This document shows, in pieces, positions 54,501 to 64,000 of a stretch of DNA of 64,000 bases (positions within the stretch are counted from its first letter, which is position 1; each line of letters starts with the position of its first letter). The notes beneath the pieces were generated by a model. That model saw nothing but the letters and a program-made list of their open reading frames with translations. It was not told the DNA's origin and did not search any database. Origin of the DNA: Ruditapes philippinarum (Eukaryota); the NCBI RefSeq assembly GCF_026571515.1, contig NW_026866456.1, positions 310,001-374,000 of the forward strand. The letters run 5' to 3'. The position numbers were made by a program, and so were the translations under genes.

Positions 54501-54706
54501 AAAAAATTAATTTCTCTCTCAGAAAAGTTTATTTATAAATTTACAATAATACATAAAAGAATGAATTTTATACACACCTGTCTTTCAATTCTTTTTCAGA
54601 ATTCTTTGCTCAACTTGATCTGGATTGTGGACCATTGACGTTACATAGCAGTCTACTGCATCTTGTTCGCTACGTTAAACAAGCCATAAGTCAGTTGAAC
54701 TTGTAG
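15762..54706 (+). CDS. lilli: AF4/FMR2 family transcription elongation factor (AFF/lilliputian ortholog), 5'-partial, 11 coding exons: 15762-15936, 17043-18643, 29960-30209, 30648-30757, 36186-36249, 37710-37843, 46168-46242, 51497-51593, 52315-52455, 53615-53807, 54600-54706
   Basis: All ten introns are GT-AG with compatible phases (0,2,0,2,0,2,2,0,0,1), giving one ~981-aa ORF. Family motifs: Ser/Asp-rich tract then KWNLGAFL, AF9/ENL-binding VLVKIDLNLLDKV, and CHD segments AEDYNRKAKKYKYQAD, YLESVLCFI, KLTVLCLRIQSLVYLKLY, GTPSPMSPTPSPANSV, VIVPQRIHS, AHELWDQA, EFFAQLDLDCGPLTLHSSLLHLVRYVKQAI. Confidence 0.93.
17043..18643 (+). CDS. lilli: AFF/lilli large central exon (low-complexity Ser/Pro/Lys region, NLS-like basic clusters, AF9/ENL-binding motif)
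   Basis: Acceptor tttatag ending 17042 and donor gtaagt at 18644. Extends the 517-aa ORF 5' with SKKWNLGAFLQ. VLVKIDLNLLDKV at ~18036-18074 resembles AF4 LMVKITLDLLSRI. Confidence 0.93.
19331..19512. mobile_element. Possible short hAT-like MITE remnant
   Basis: CAGGGTGT...ACACCCTA ends and several internal GGGTCA/TGACCC motifs. No clear TSD. Confidence 0.3.
20665..20738. repeat. ~75-bp palindromic dispersed mini-element (TGTCACCTTAGTGCAGTAAC...GTTACTGCACTAAGGTGACA family)
   Basis: Self-complementary arms. Further copies at ~22427-22502, 34987-35059, 35740-35813, 60312-60488 and 63437-63510. Confidence 0.75.
24163..24320 (+). mobile_element. Degraded Helentron/HINE-like 5' end
   Basis: TTTTGATGTCCCCCACTTAATGGTGGG..TATAGATGTGTCCTTGTCTG has the same layout as the 5' end of the element at 58475. 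Confidence 0.35.
25745..25880. repeat. Short degenerate tandem repeat, ~3 units
   Basis: CAGT(C)ATGATTTGACCAAGTTGTA-like core recurs three times. Confidence 0.55.
26750..26880 (-). mobile_element. tRNA-derived SINE, family A, reverse copy
   Basis: Reverse complement of 41725-41910 (GTTTAAACATATTTATTTAAGC... and CTCGAACCC as the antisense B box). Confidence 0.65.
27510..27950. mobile_element. Palindrome-rich non-autonomous element (long hairpin plus inner inverted repeats); superfamily uncertain
   Basis: Imperfect ~65-bp arms (27518-27582 and ~27600-27665) around GAGTGGCGCAGCCACGA. Second IR pair TTTATTACATGC (~27673) and GCATGTAATAAA (~27938). Internal CAGTGAAATTA palindromes. Confidence 0.6.
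28335..28531 (+). mobile_element. ~200-bp MITE family with TTAACCCT...AGGGTTAA (piggyBac-type) ends; most abundant repeat in the window
   Basis: Core AGTGCAGACCAAGATCAG / AGTATAGAGCCAGGCCAG and GGACAAGTCCATT. Related diverged copies near 3940, 8890, 20010, 26560, 30810, 31180, 40470, 43370, 47340, 47920, 49350, 51240, 55790 and 58330, in both orientations. Confidence 0.65.
28621..29058. mobile_element. Foldback MITE, 438 bp, ~180-bp near-perfect TIRs, 8-bp TSD (P-element/hAT-type)
   Basis: Arms 28621-28800 and 28882-29058 are reverse complements (CACAGGCAAAAGTATCGG...CCGATACTTTTGCCTGTG). Flanked by ACCTAAAT at 28613-28620 and 29059-29066. Confidence 0.92.
29960..30209 (+). CDS. lilli: AFF/lilli coding exon (SQPVEISVPIKRERLGSASS...VVTP)
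   Basis: Acceptor ttattcag and donor gtatgt at 30210. Phase 2 in, phase 0 out. GC-richer than its flanks. Confidence 0.85.
30648..30757 (+). CDS. lilli: AFF/lilli coding exon (VVKYETLDTPSHSQ...KEEEER)
   Basis: Strong polypyrimidine acceptor tttttcag and donor gtatat at 30758. Phase 0 in, phase 2 out, matching the neighbouring exons. Confidence 0.8.
31930..32162. mobile_element. Degraded Tc1/Tigger-like MITE
   Basis: TAACAGTGAAACCTGTC left end and AGGTGG..TAATACAGGTT right end. Similar right ends near 43340 and 58160. Confidence 0.4.
32900..33120 (-). mobile_element. tRNA-derived SINE, family B, reverse copy
   Basis: AAAGTTTCTTG..C.GGAAACAA core and GGGTTTGAACCC antisense B box. Copies at ~35850-36060 (+), 50270-50445 (-) and 51660-51860 (-). 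Confidence 0.65.
36186..36249 (+). CDS. lilli: AFF/lilli exon, start of C-terminal homology domain (LLPAEDYNRKAKKYKYQADDM)
   Basis: Acceptor tttcag and donor gtaatg. Resembles AFF SADYYLQEAKKLKHNAD. Confidence 0.88.
36425..36760. repeat. ~38-bp minisatellite (GTGCCATTTGAATATGTATATTTATAAAAAG..) with an embedded (TAA)n tract
   Basis: About 7 units read directly. (TAA)n at ~36489-36519. Confidence 0.9.
37710..37843 (+). CDS. lilli: AFF/lilli CHD exon (DPGLTKFVLYLESVLCFIQYGYVQE...MYKETYRFV)
   Basis: Acceptor tttacag and donor gtaagt at 37844. Resembles AFF KAVYYLDAVVSFIECG...MYSET. Confidence 0.9.
41722..41910 (+). mobile_element. tRNA-derived SINE, family A, with Pol III A and B boxes
   Basis: A box GGTGGCCTAGTGGTTAAGG and B-box-like ATTCGAGCCC, followed by a non-tRNA body ending AAATAAATATGTTTAAAC. 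Reverse copies at 26750 and 54040. Confidence 0.75.
44895..45057. repeat. ~40-bp minisatellite (GTGTGTGACAATGGACAGGTTAGCTCTCGGTGTGGTTC)
   Basis: About 4 units read directly. Confidence 0.9.
46168..46242 (+). CDS. lilli: AFF/lilli CHD exon (HQFHQFRMYHDLETSDKTHKLTVL)
   Basis: Acceptor ttttcag and donor gtatgt. Phase 2/2. Supplies KLTVLC, comparable to AFF KRLAVLC. Confidence 0.85.
48825..49362. repeat. 21-bp minisatellite (GATTCCTTGCCTGATTCCATT)n with 27-bp and substitution variants
   Basis: More than 20 near-perfect units. Explains the five overlapping ~190-200 aa ORFs. Confidence 0.97.
51497..51593 (+). CDS. lilli: AFF/lilli CHD exon (CLRIQSLVYLKLYMLKKNE...HNNK)
   Basis: Acceptor tttcag and donor gtagga. 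Resembles AFF CLRCQSLLYLRLFKLKKE. Confidence 0.9.
52315..52455 (+). CDS. lilli: AFF/lilli exon (SVKSSSQPKAP...GTPSPMSPTPSPANSVCSVGSV)
   Basis: Acceptor ttgtag and donor gtaagc. 141 nt, phase 0/0. Contains the conserved TPSPMSPTPSPA-SV-S motif. Confidence 0.9.
53028..53423. mobile_element. Second, left-truncated copy of the Tc1/pogo-type MITE at 9131-9906
   Basis: Clearly colinear with ~9530-9906 and ends GAAGTTCTACTG|TA. Left TIR not found. Confidence 0.85.
53615..53807 (+). CDS. lilli: AFF/lilli CHD exon (GSDATP...VIVPQRIHSITQKY...AHELWDQA...DNR)
   Basis: Acceptor ttttcag and donor gtaagt at 53808. Contains the conserved VxIPxxIH and ELWDQA motifs. Confidence 0.92.
54040..54215 (-). mobile_element. 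tRNA-derived SINE, family A, reverse copy
   Basis: TCTTGCAACTTATATTAATCACTTT...CCAGTACTGGTGTCAT...GGACTCGAACCC...GGCAGACAC..AACCACT is antisense to 41725-41910. Confidence 0.7.
54600..54706 (+). CDS. lilli: AFF/lilli last coding exon (EFFAQLDLDCGPLTLHSSLLHLVRYVKQAISQLNL*)
   Basis: Acceptor ctttttcag, phase 1. Canonical AFF C-terminus. TAG at 54704-54706 is followed by a second TAG. Confidence 0.93.
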
Positions 54707-57700
54707 TAGTCGCTAAATTTATTCCAGTCCACACACAATTGTCAAGACAGCATTCTCTACTTGGTGTATTTAATAACGCGTATTTAATCACATACGACAA
54801 AAGCAAAAAGGATCATGACCATGGGACGGCAAGTTATGTGAATTATGTATCTGAATCAAGTTGTTCGATGAAGAAATCTGTTGTGAAAGTTTCTGGCCCC
54901 ATTGACATACAATCTTGGAGGACCCATTCACTGTGAATATTGGTCGTAGACCTTGGTGTTGAAATTTTTTGAAGCAGTCTACTGTGCTGTAATTCAGTTA
55001 AGTCAGTGATGAACCAGTCTTGAAGAATTTTGTATAAACCATCAGATAGGCAGCGATGAGCAAGTCTTGAACATTTTGTCTACACAATCGGGTAATTAGG
55101 ACTTAAAAAGATTTAGGACCTGAAGATTTAGGACTTGAAAATCAGTCTTTCATAAAGTGTTCAGAGTTACAAAATGGAACTATGTTAGCTTCTTTATTTT
55201 TCTTTTCTTCCTTTCCTTGTTTTTTTCTTTTGAAAAATTGTAAACCAGTCAAGCTGATTATTTACCATATTTACCACAAACATGTTTGGTTTTCAGCTGA
55301 ATTAATAGTGCTAGCTCGCTGCAACTTTTTATATATTCTTTTTACCTTTTCAATGAACATTGTATTAAATCATATGAGCTTTTCTCTGACTAAGATATTA
55401 ATTACTTTATGGTCATTTAAATGATGAATTCTGAAATTTATAACATTTGTTGATAAAACGCATAATAATTAAAGCCAAGGAATATTGAGTGTATAAGAAA
55501 AAAATCTTTTTATCCTTTTGTAAGAGAATTTTGTAATTTCTGAAATTAACTTTAAGAATGAATATATTTACGGAGTTTTTTAAAATATTTTTTCATTTAT
55601 TTTGATATGGATCTAAAAAGTTTCAATTGAGTCACTTGTTAGATAAATGCTGCACTATTATATTGTTTAAAGAAAATGATACATTATTATTGGCTAATTT
55701 TTGAAAGCTGTTTTTGATCTGACCAATGAAATGCTCGAATTTTAGGCTGGTTGCAGATTTACTGTTTTAAAAATTTCAATTAAAGCTTTACTTTGCTGAA
55801 TTCTTCAATGGAACTTTCCATTATTAATTCTAGAAATATCAAGATGAAAATTAAAAGTTGGTCGGTCAATAGTATAGAGACTGGTCAGTTTGCATAGATG
55901 TGCAGGCGGGCCTGGCTTTATTATTGGTGGCAAGGGCTGATCATTTTTCAGTTCCAACAGGGTAAAAGATTAAACTTTCATAGATAAAAATACAATATTT
56001 TCATCATAATATATATATATATATATATATTTATTTAATATATTTGCATGTAATGTGCTCGCCAAAAGTCGGAGAAAGTCAAAATCTCGTTTTAGAAATT
56101 CATGATTTTTAATGCAGTTTTGCACGTTTTCAAATTGATAGGCTTGAGAGGGATAGAGGATTATAATTCAGTTATAAGCGTAGGCTGTGATCAGAACGTG
56201 CAGATATTTTGATGGGCCTTAGATATAGACCATTTTAGTACTGGTACGGGTTTGAAATATTGGAATTAAATTTTTTGCATCCGTTATTAACAATGTACAT
56301 GTATGCGTGTAATATAAGATAAATACAGAGCTTGCCAGTGATATGTTTTTCAAAATATTAAAAATCAAAATATACAAAGTATGATAACAATCGTTTTTAA
56401 ATTCAGGTTGAAGACAAATAAAATCAGGGTGTTTGGCTTTTAAATCTGGGTGGATTTATTTTTTTTGGTGTGTACATTTAAAAAAAATAGATAAAGTTTA
56501 TATAAATGAATAGAAGTGTTAATTTTGAATCTAAAGTGATATATTCGTTTTTTTTGAATATCGAAAAATCTGTTTGAAAAAAAAAGTTTCTGGAAAACAG
56601 AATTTTCATGGTTTCAAAATGATTCAATTTGAATGATTTATTTTGATTTGTATCATCAGTGATGAATGTCATTTTCTGGAAATAGGAAAATAATGAGAGA
56701 AAAAATTAGATGAATTGAGGGGGGAAAAAATCTTACACCAAAGTATATTAATTACAGTGTTGTGTGTATTTTTGGTTACAAGGGATTGATAACGTAAGAA
56801 AGATACGCTAATTTATGGACTTTTAAGAGAGCTTCATAGTGAATGCATTGTTAACATGCAATCGTTCTTTAGAGCATTGCGTGCTTTTTGTTCTCGCGGA
56901 TGAGAAATGACTTTGGTCTGAATATTTGAGATTCTACAAGTTGACATGCATTTTGTGGTTGTACATAGCATGATGTGATATAATAGAGGAGATATAAGTG
57001 CCATTTAATTGTTATAGAGATGCGGAAATTTAATGCAGAAAATAGGATTCTTATTCTTGTTATACTTGAATATGTTTTAAATAGCAGGCTTTGTCTAACA
57101 TGCAAACAGGACAGTGTACTGGTATAATTATACAAATATGCCGATTTAACGGACAAATATAACATAAATATGGTTAAGAAATCAGTTATGATATAAAGTT
57201 ATATATGTAATTTGCTCATCTACGTAAACCATGATTATCTCATTCAAGGACAGGGGTGTGTTCAAGGGGGGCGTATTGTCTGGTTGATAACCTTCTTTTT
57301 CACTTGGTGTTAAAAAATTTAGAACTTTTTTATTGTTCAATACCAAATTTAAGGTGCAGAAATCTTGAAAGTGCTAAAGATGCTTGTGATTTAAATGTTG
57401 TCATTCTAAAGGATATTTTTAGAAAAAATAAAGATAAAAAAATTTGTTTCAAAAAACACTTTTTTGAAATTGAATATAAAGGAAAAAAACACAGTTAAAG
57501 GGAGGTAATTCCTACATCACTTGATAGTAAACTTTTACACAGTGCTACCCATTTTCTGTTTATGTTAGATTTGTCTCTGAAATCATATGCAATATTATCA
57601 TCAAATATTGTTTGATTAAGTGCCTATGGTTAAGTTTCTAGCATATAAAAAAACCGCAAAGAAAGCCAAAGTTTATGCCAACATGATTAAAGGCATTTAG

Positions 57701-58474
57701 AACCTGTCTGAGAGCCAAATCTCAATCTATTCATAATGTATAATAATTTGGAATATATAATTAAAAAGTAAAAAAAAATTGTAATGCAATGATACCATGA
57801 TTAATCTATAAAGGTCAGACATTTGTTTGATTTTTTCAAGTAACATCATTTTTTGGTACCCGGCTTACATGATTGTTATATTTTTAGATCTTGACAAGCT
57901 AAGCTAAGCTAAGCAACTACACGCATATTTAGAACTGTTACGAAATGATACAATAATATGTAATCATTTTTTTTCTCCACCTGTAAAGTTAGATTATTTT
58001 TATTAAATGTTAAGTTTGTGATGATGATGATATTTCCTAAGAAAGTGGTTTTAAAGTTGCTGTCAATCTTTATAGTATAACCTCCTCAGAGCAACCCCTT
58101 ATGGAAGCAAATAATTTGGTTGCTTCTTAGAGGTAATTTCTCGAAAGAGGTTAAACTGTATTATGCTTGTTTGTATTTTTTATAGATTTTTTTTTTTGGA
58201 TGACCACACCTACCATTATAAAATATATTGACCATGTCCATGACATATACATAGTGCTCCAATTTATTTTTTCCAATTTACCCAATGTCATCACACCGTT
58301 AGCCTCGATAATAAAAACCTGTATACCCTTAATCTGCTGAATTTCTTAAATGGACTTGTCCATCTTCCTTGTACTGAACTGTTCATTATAAATTTTTAGG
58401 GGGTTATCAAGTATTATCCTGCAGGTAAAAGGTTATTGAGTACCTTGTCAGATCTTGCTAAAATATGGTGATAA

Positions 58475-59680
58475 TTATACCCCCACAAACGAAGTTTTTA
58501 TACCCCCACAAACGAAGTTTAGGGGGGGTATATAGGAGTCAGCTTGTCGGTCGGTCGGTCGGTTGGTCGGTCGGTCGGTCCGTCCGTCGGTCGGTCCACA
58601 TCATGGTTTCCGGACGATAACTAGAGTTTGGAATGAGGTATTGTAATCAAACTTGGTATATAGCAACCTTATATGGAAACTCCGCTTGGTATTGCATTTG
58701 GACCCCCTGGGGTCAATGTCAAGGTCACCGTTACTAAAAATAGAAAAATGGTTTCCGGACAATAACTAGAGTTAGGAATGAGATATTGTTATCAAACTTG
58801 GCGTATAGCAAGCTTATATGAAGACCTGGGTTGGTATTGCATTTGGGCCCTCTGGGGTCAAGGTCAAGGTCACTGTTACTAAAAATAGAAAAAATGGTTT
58901 CCGGACAATAACTTGACTTAGGAATGACATACTGTAATCAAACTTGGTGTATAGCAAGCTTATATGAAGACCTGGGTTGGTATTGCATTTGGACCCCCTG
59001 GGGTCAAGGTCAAGGTCACCGTTAGGAAAAATAGACAAATGGTTTCCGTACAATAACTAGAGTTAGGAATGAGATATTGTAATCTAATTTGGTGTAAAGG
59101 AAGCTTATATGAAGACCTGGGTTGGTATTGCATTTGGACCCCCTAGGGTCAAGGTCACCTTTACAGTGTTACTAAAAATAGAAAAATGGTTTCCGGACAA
59201 TAACAAGAGTTAGGAATGAGATATTGTTATCAAACTTGGCGTATAGCAAGCCTATATGAAGACTTTGGTTGGTATTGCATTTGGGCCCCCTGGGGTCAAG
59301 GTCAAGGTCACCGTTACGAAAAATGGTTTTCGGACAATAACTAGAGTTAGGAATGAGATATTGTAATCTTATTTGGTGTATAGGAAGCTAATATGAAGAC
59401 CTGGGTTTGCATTTGGACCCCCTAGGGTCAAGGTCACTATTACAGTCTTACTAAAAATAGAAAAAATGGTTTCCTGACAATAACTAGAGTTAGGAATGAG
59501 ATATTGTAATCAAACTTGGTGTATAGCAAGCTTATTTCGAGACCCCAGTTGCGATTACAATTAATTGAAATATTTTTTTGTACACAGTTGATAGTTTGTG
59601 TTCAAATTTTTCTTCAGACTACTTTTTTTTTCAAAAAGTCAAAGTTGTTGGTGGGGGTATTATTTGGCACTTATTTTTTT
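58475..59680 (+). mobile_element. Helentron-associated (HINE/DINE-1/pearl-like) non-autonomous element with an internal ~145-bp satellite array
   Basis: 5' subTIR TATACCCCCAC plus inverted GGGGGTATA, then a (GTCG/GTCC)n microsatellite. About 6.5 units starting ATGGTTTCCGGAC at ~58603, 58748, 58895, 59040, 59187, 59324 and 59466. 3' subTIR GTGGGGGTAT at 59651. Confidence 0.85.
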
Positions 59681-62623
59681 ATGACTGTTGGTGGAAAAGG
59701 TCAGTTTACAAAAAAAGATGCTATGCCAGAACCAAAAGATCTTCTTGTTGTTGTTTCTATTAATTATTATATTTTTTTTTGCTATGAAATAGTTATTTTT
59801 TTCTTCCCCCATGATAAAATAATAAATGAAATGGACATAATTATATAATTCTGTATATTTTATTATTTTTCCTAATAATTGAAGTTGATATATTAGGAAT
59901 AATATACTATGTAAATCACTGTATAACAGTGACTCAAAAAATATGTTTACAAGATTATATTTTGTATATAGAGTATCTTTCTTTGTGTTGTTATGAAAAA
60001 TGGTAATTTATTATTAAATACATTTTATATAAGTATGGTGTCTACTAAATACATATATAGGCTTAAAAAAATGATGTTTTTCATTTATTTGTTGTGTTGC
60101 ATTATCTATTTTCCTTTGATTTTTCTTTTTATCAATACGCTTTTTATTTTATTTGTATGTATGTATGTATGTGTGTTTGTTTATTTCTTATGTTTGGTTT
60201 GCTATTATTTCTAATAAGATTTATCAGGTATGTGAGATAGGGCTTGCTAAAGGTTTGTTAAAAAGTTTATTTATATCTTATGTGGCTAGCTTAATATACT
60301 GTTTTATAAATTGTTCACTTAGTGCAGTACTTACTTACTTACTGGCGTTCACCTCAGTTACTTACTGGCGTTCACACTTAGTGCCGTAACTGGTTAACTC
60401 TTATTAAATTGAATAAGAGTTAACCAGTAATGAATAGGATTTAACCAGTTATGAATAGGGGTTAACCAGTTACTGCACTAAGGTGACAATGTTAAGTGAA
60501 ATAGTAAAGCTTTGATCAAGTGTTACTGTAATCGTTAAAGTACTACCAGTAGATAAGAGAAAATTAATGGCAATTCTTGTATTTTGCTCCCTCAATATAA
60601 AAGATTAAAATGCCAAATTCAATTATTTGATAATTTTAATTGACTGATGTAAAATAAATTTAGGGCTAAGAATATCAAATTTCATGAAAATTTATATTTA
60701 TCGTATATTAAGCATAGTTAAGTTTAGTTGATACACTGTAGCCAGTTGTTAACTATTTGCTCTTTTCTTGCATATATATATAAAAGTTTGTGTGAAGCTA
60801 AATAGGAGAGCTAGAATATAAAGATTTGAAATTTTAACATTTACTTCCACTGCTAAACTTTAATTCCTTACTAAGAATTATTTCACTTAAAACATGAAGC
60901 AATACCCATGTTTTTCTTCTCTTATGATATAAATTTCTAATTATTATTGTTAACTCTTTTTTTATATCTTATTTTTTTCCCCTCATTTTATAAATGTCTT
61001 CCAGTGAAATATTTCTCTAGAATTCTTCCATATTTCAGTTATATACTCAATTTTTATTCTTAAAACATTCTCCATTAGTACACTTTATTTGTTCTTGGTG
61101 ATGTGAGGTACTTATTAAATAAGTCACACACTGACAAGATTTTCATAAGAAATAGGTAAACTTTTACACAAACCAATCCTACTTTGCCATTATTTTAAGT
61201 CGGGGGGAAATGAATAGAAATTGGACTGGATTGAAATAGGTCTCAAAACAAGTGTGTTTTTAACTGCAAATAAAAACAAAAAAGTTGTTAAACTTAAGAT
61301 TTAGAACTTTGATGGGATTTGTCACAAGATTTATGATTTTGTGACTTTATTAATATTGTCTTTGAATAAATTTAATTAAAAAAAAAGTGAAATAGACTCT
61401 AAACTGAAATAGTTGGTCTCAAAAAAAACCTTAAATATGTAAATATAGTATAATAAGGTCTCAAAATTAATGCTTTTTGACCTCGAACGAAATAGGTCTC
61501 TGGGACTTGTATGAATTTGGTCTCAAAATAAATGGGACTTAATACATAGTTTTACAAAGAATTAGGTCTCAGAATAACACTGTCATGTCTCTGTTATATA
61601 TGATATTTATCTCACAGTTTTTCATTTTATTCCTATTTATTGAAAATGTGCTGGATGCATTGTTAACAGGAGTCGTGTTACAAAACGTTGGTTATTTATT
61701 TCATTTATTTATATATTTATTTGTTTTTTTCTGTCTTTTTTTGAACTGTACTATTAAGTCTTATTATTGATGTTGCTATAATGGAAGTAAAGTGAATATG
61801 TCTTATGTTTTAGGTATGGACTTCTGATCAAATATAATGAAAGTGTACATTATTTAAAAACAAGATTTCTTGTGGTTTTAAATTATTCTAAAATAATGGT
61901 CAGTACATATTTATCTTTTGATTCTATTAACTAGATAAGTAAGATTTCTTCTCCACAATTTTGTCTTTTTTTTTTTTTTTTTTTAAATAACAACCTTGCA
62001 AAAGAACAAAAGTGTTTCTATAGTAAACTGTTATAATAAAGTGTTCATAGATTAAAATACTACAGCCAGGATTTGGGAAAATATGAGAAAAACCAAACAG
62101 AAAACAACAGCAACAAAATTAGAAAACAATTTGAATAATTCCCAACCTACTTGATATATTCATTTCTTTTTTTGAAAATTAGAAAATGTTTTTTGGCACA
62201 ATTATATTTCAGTCCCAAAGAATTCACAACTTTTTGTCTTGTTGGCCAGTAAAGGAGCTTAGTTAGAAATCTGGTGTAGTGTTCAAATCAAACCAATTGG
62301 ACAGTTACATTTTTGGTACTTGATAACATTTTTATCTTGACAGTAAATTATACATGTAGTATTTTTTTTATAAATGTTAAGTTTGGTGTTGAATATAATC
62401 TGGGTGCTACTAAAGAAGGTAGTGATGTTAGAATGATAATTATAGATACTAAATATTGGGTGATAATTTAGGCTGATAATTTTGCATTTAAAAAGCATTT
62501 TGACATGTTATTCATGAGCATGACAAGGAACATGAAAAATCAGGCACAGATTGTGTATTACTTGTAATTAAAATTACAAACTGAATTTAGAAGATTCAAT
62601 TGAATTATGATTATGAATGTAAA

Positions 62624-62978
62624 TGATGTCAGAAGTTTGGCTTGAAGTGTGACACAGTATGAGAAACACTTATGCCAGAAAAAGGCTTGAAGTGTGACAC
62701 ACTATAAGAAACACTGATGTCAGAAGTTTGGAATGAAGTGTGGCACAATTTGACAAATACTGATGTCAGAAGTTTGGCTTGAAGTGTGACACAATATGAG
62801 AAATACTGATGCCAGAAGTTAGGCTTGAAGTGTGACACAGTTTGACAAACATTGGTGTCAGAAGTTTGGCTTGAAGTGTGACACAATTTGACAAACTCAT
62901 ACCAGAAGTGAAGTTTAAATTGTGACACAGTATGATAAATACTGATGTCACAAGTTTGACTTGAAGTGTGACACAATA
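62624..62978. repeat. ~44-bp minisatellite (TGATGTCAGAAGTTTGGCTTGAAGTGTGACACA...)
   Basis: About 8 units with alternating variants. Explains ORFs 62629-62976 and 62766-62951. Confidence 0.92.
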
Positions 62979-64000
62979 TGTATTGCTGGCCTAGTATTTG
63001 AAGTAAACTTACGAAGAAAGTGTGACATGATACTTAACTAATGAGGCTTATGGAATGTCTGCTAAATTTGACAGTTTTACTGATAAGTTGCCATAATTAT
63101 ATTATTTAACACAGACACGTAGAAATACATTTACCTACCTGTTATGACAATGTTTACTAGGAAGAATGTTCTAAATAATTGACATTGACCAATTTAATTA
63201 GAGTGACATTTTTATTGCATTCAGAGTGTGACATTTGGGCATAAAATTTTATTTAGGGAGGGTGGGGCTTTTTGTATTTAATATCATTAATATGTTGTTT
63301 TTTTTTGAAAGTGTGACATGATAATAAAATAATTACAAAAATTTTGTCAAGGATTATTTTGATTTTGTTCAAAATAGATTATCATAGGTCTTTAATAGAT
63401 GTTATCTTGTACAAGATTCAAATGTAGATTATATTGTTAACTTAGTGCAGTAAGGGGTTAACACCTATTAAATCATATAAGGAGTTAACCCGTTACCGCA
63501 CTGAGGTGACGTGTTATTATCCTGAAAAGAAATAATGATCATATCTATAATAATATACTACATCAACCATGTTACTTTTTTTGTTTTATATGGCAATCAA
63601 AATACACATATCTCTTACACACTGTGTATAACAGTGAATGTTAGATTTCAACTTGTGCTATAAAAACTTTCAGTTGATAGATAAGATGGTGCAAAAATTG
63701 TTTTTGATTTAAAACAGACACCAGCTAAATTTAGTCTTTTGATTTCTTCTTTGTCTTCCAGAGTGTAGATGCTCTATATTCTTAAATATTTATGAAATAC
63801 ATAGGTTCCATGGTGCAAAAGCAGCTGTCATCTAAAATTTTCAACTCTTAGAATTGACAGTGTTTGATTTAAAATACATTTATAGTTTCGAAGGTTTTAT
63901 CAGGGATGTAATTTAATGTTTTCTGGGATGTAATATTAAGTTTATTACAGGGATTTTAGAAGAAGATGCAAAGTTAAATGGTTTAATAGGGATGTAGTGT

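Noticed and set aside
58603-59535. CRISPR-like array (also considered for 36425-36760, 44895-45057 and 62624-62978)
   Set aside because: Whole units repeat with no unique spacers, the context is eukaryotic intronic or flanking DNA, and there are no cas genes.

Overview
AT-rich (roughly 30% GC by eye) eukaryotic animal DNA. The repeat families suggest a bivalve mollusc, but that is an inference. The window contains the 3' part of one plus-strand gene, an AF4/FMR2 family member (AFF1-4/lilliputian ortholog, the super-elongation-complex scaffold). I reconstructed 11 phase-compatible GT-AG coding exons from 15762 to the TAG at 54704-54706, encoding about 981 aa. They include the AF9/ENL-binding motif (VLVKIDLNLLDKV) and the C-terminal homology domain (CHD). 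The N-terminal exons are not recognisable in the window. Introns and the downstream region are full of non-autonomous mobile elements: a 3.1-kb CACTA/EnSpm-like element carrying a decayed spliced BEN-domain gene, Tc1/pogo-like MITEs, a near-perfect 438-bp foldback element with an 8-bp TSD, a Helentron/HINE-like element with a ~145-bp satellite array, piggyBac-type MITEs, tRNA-derived SINEs and ~75-bp palindromic mini-elements. Several micro- and minisatellites are also present. Most other ORFs in the track are repeat-derived or chance.
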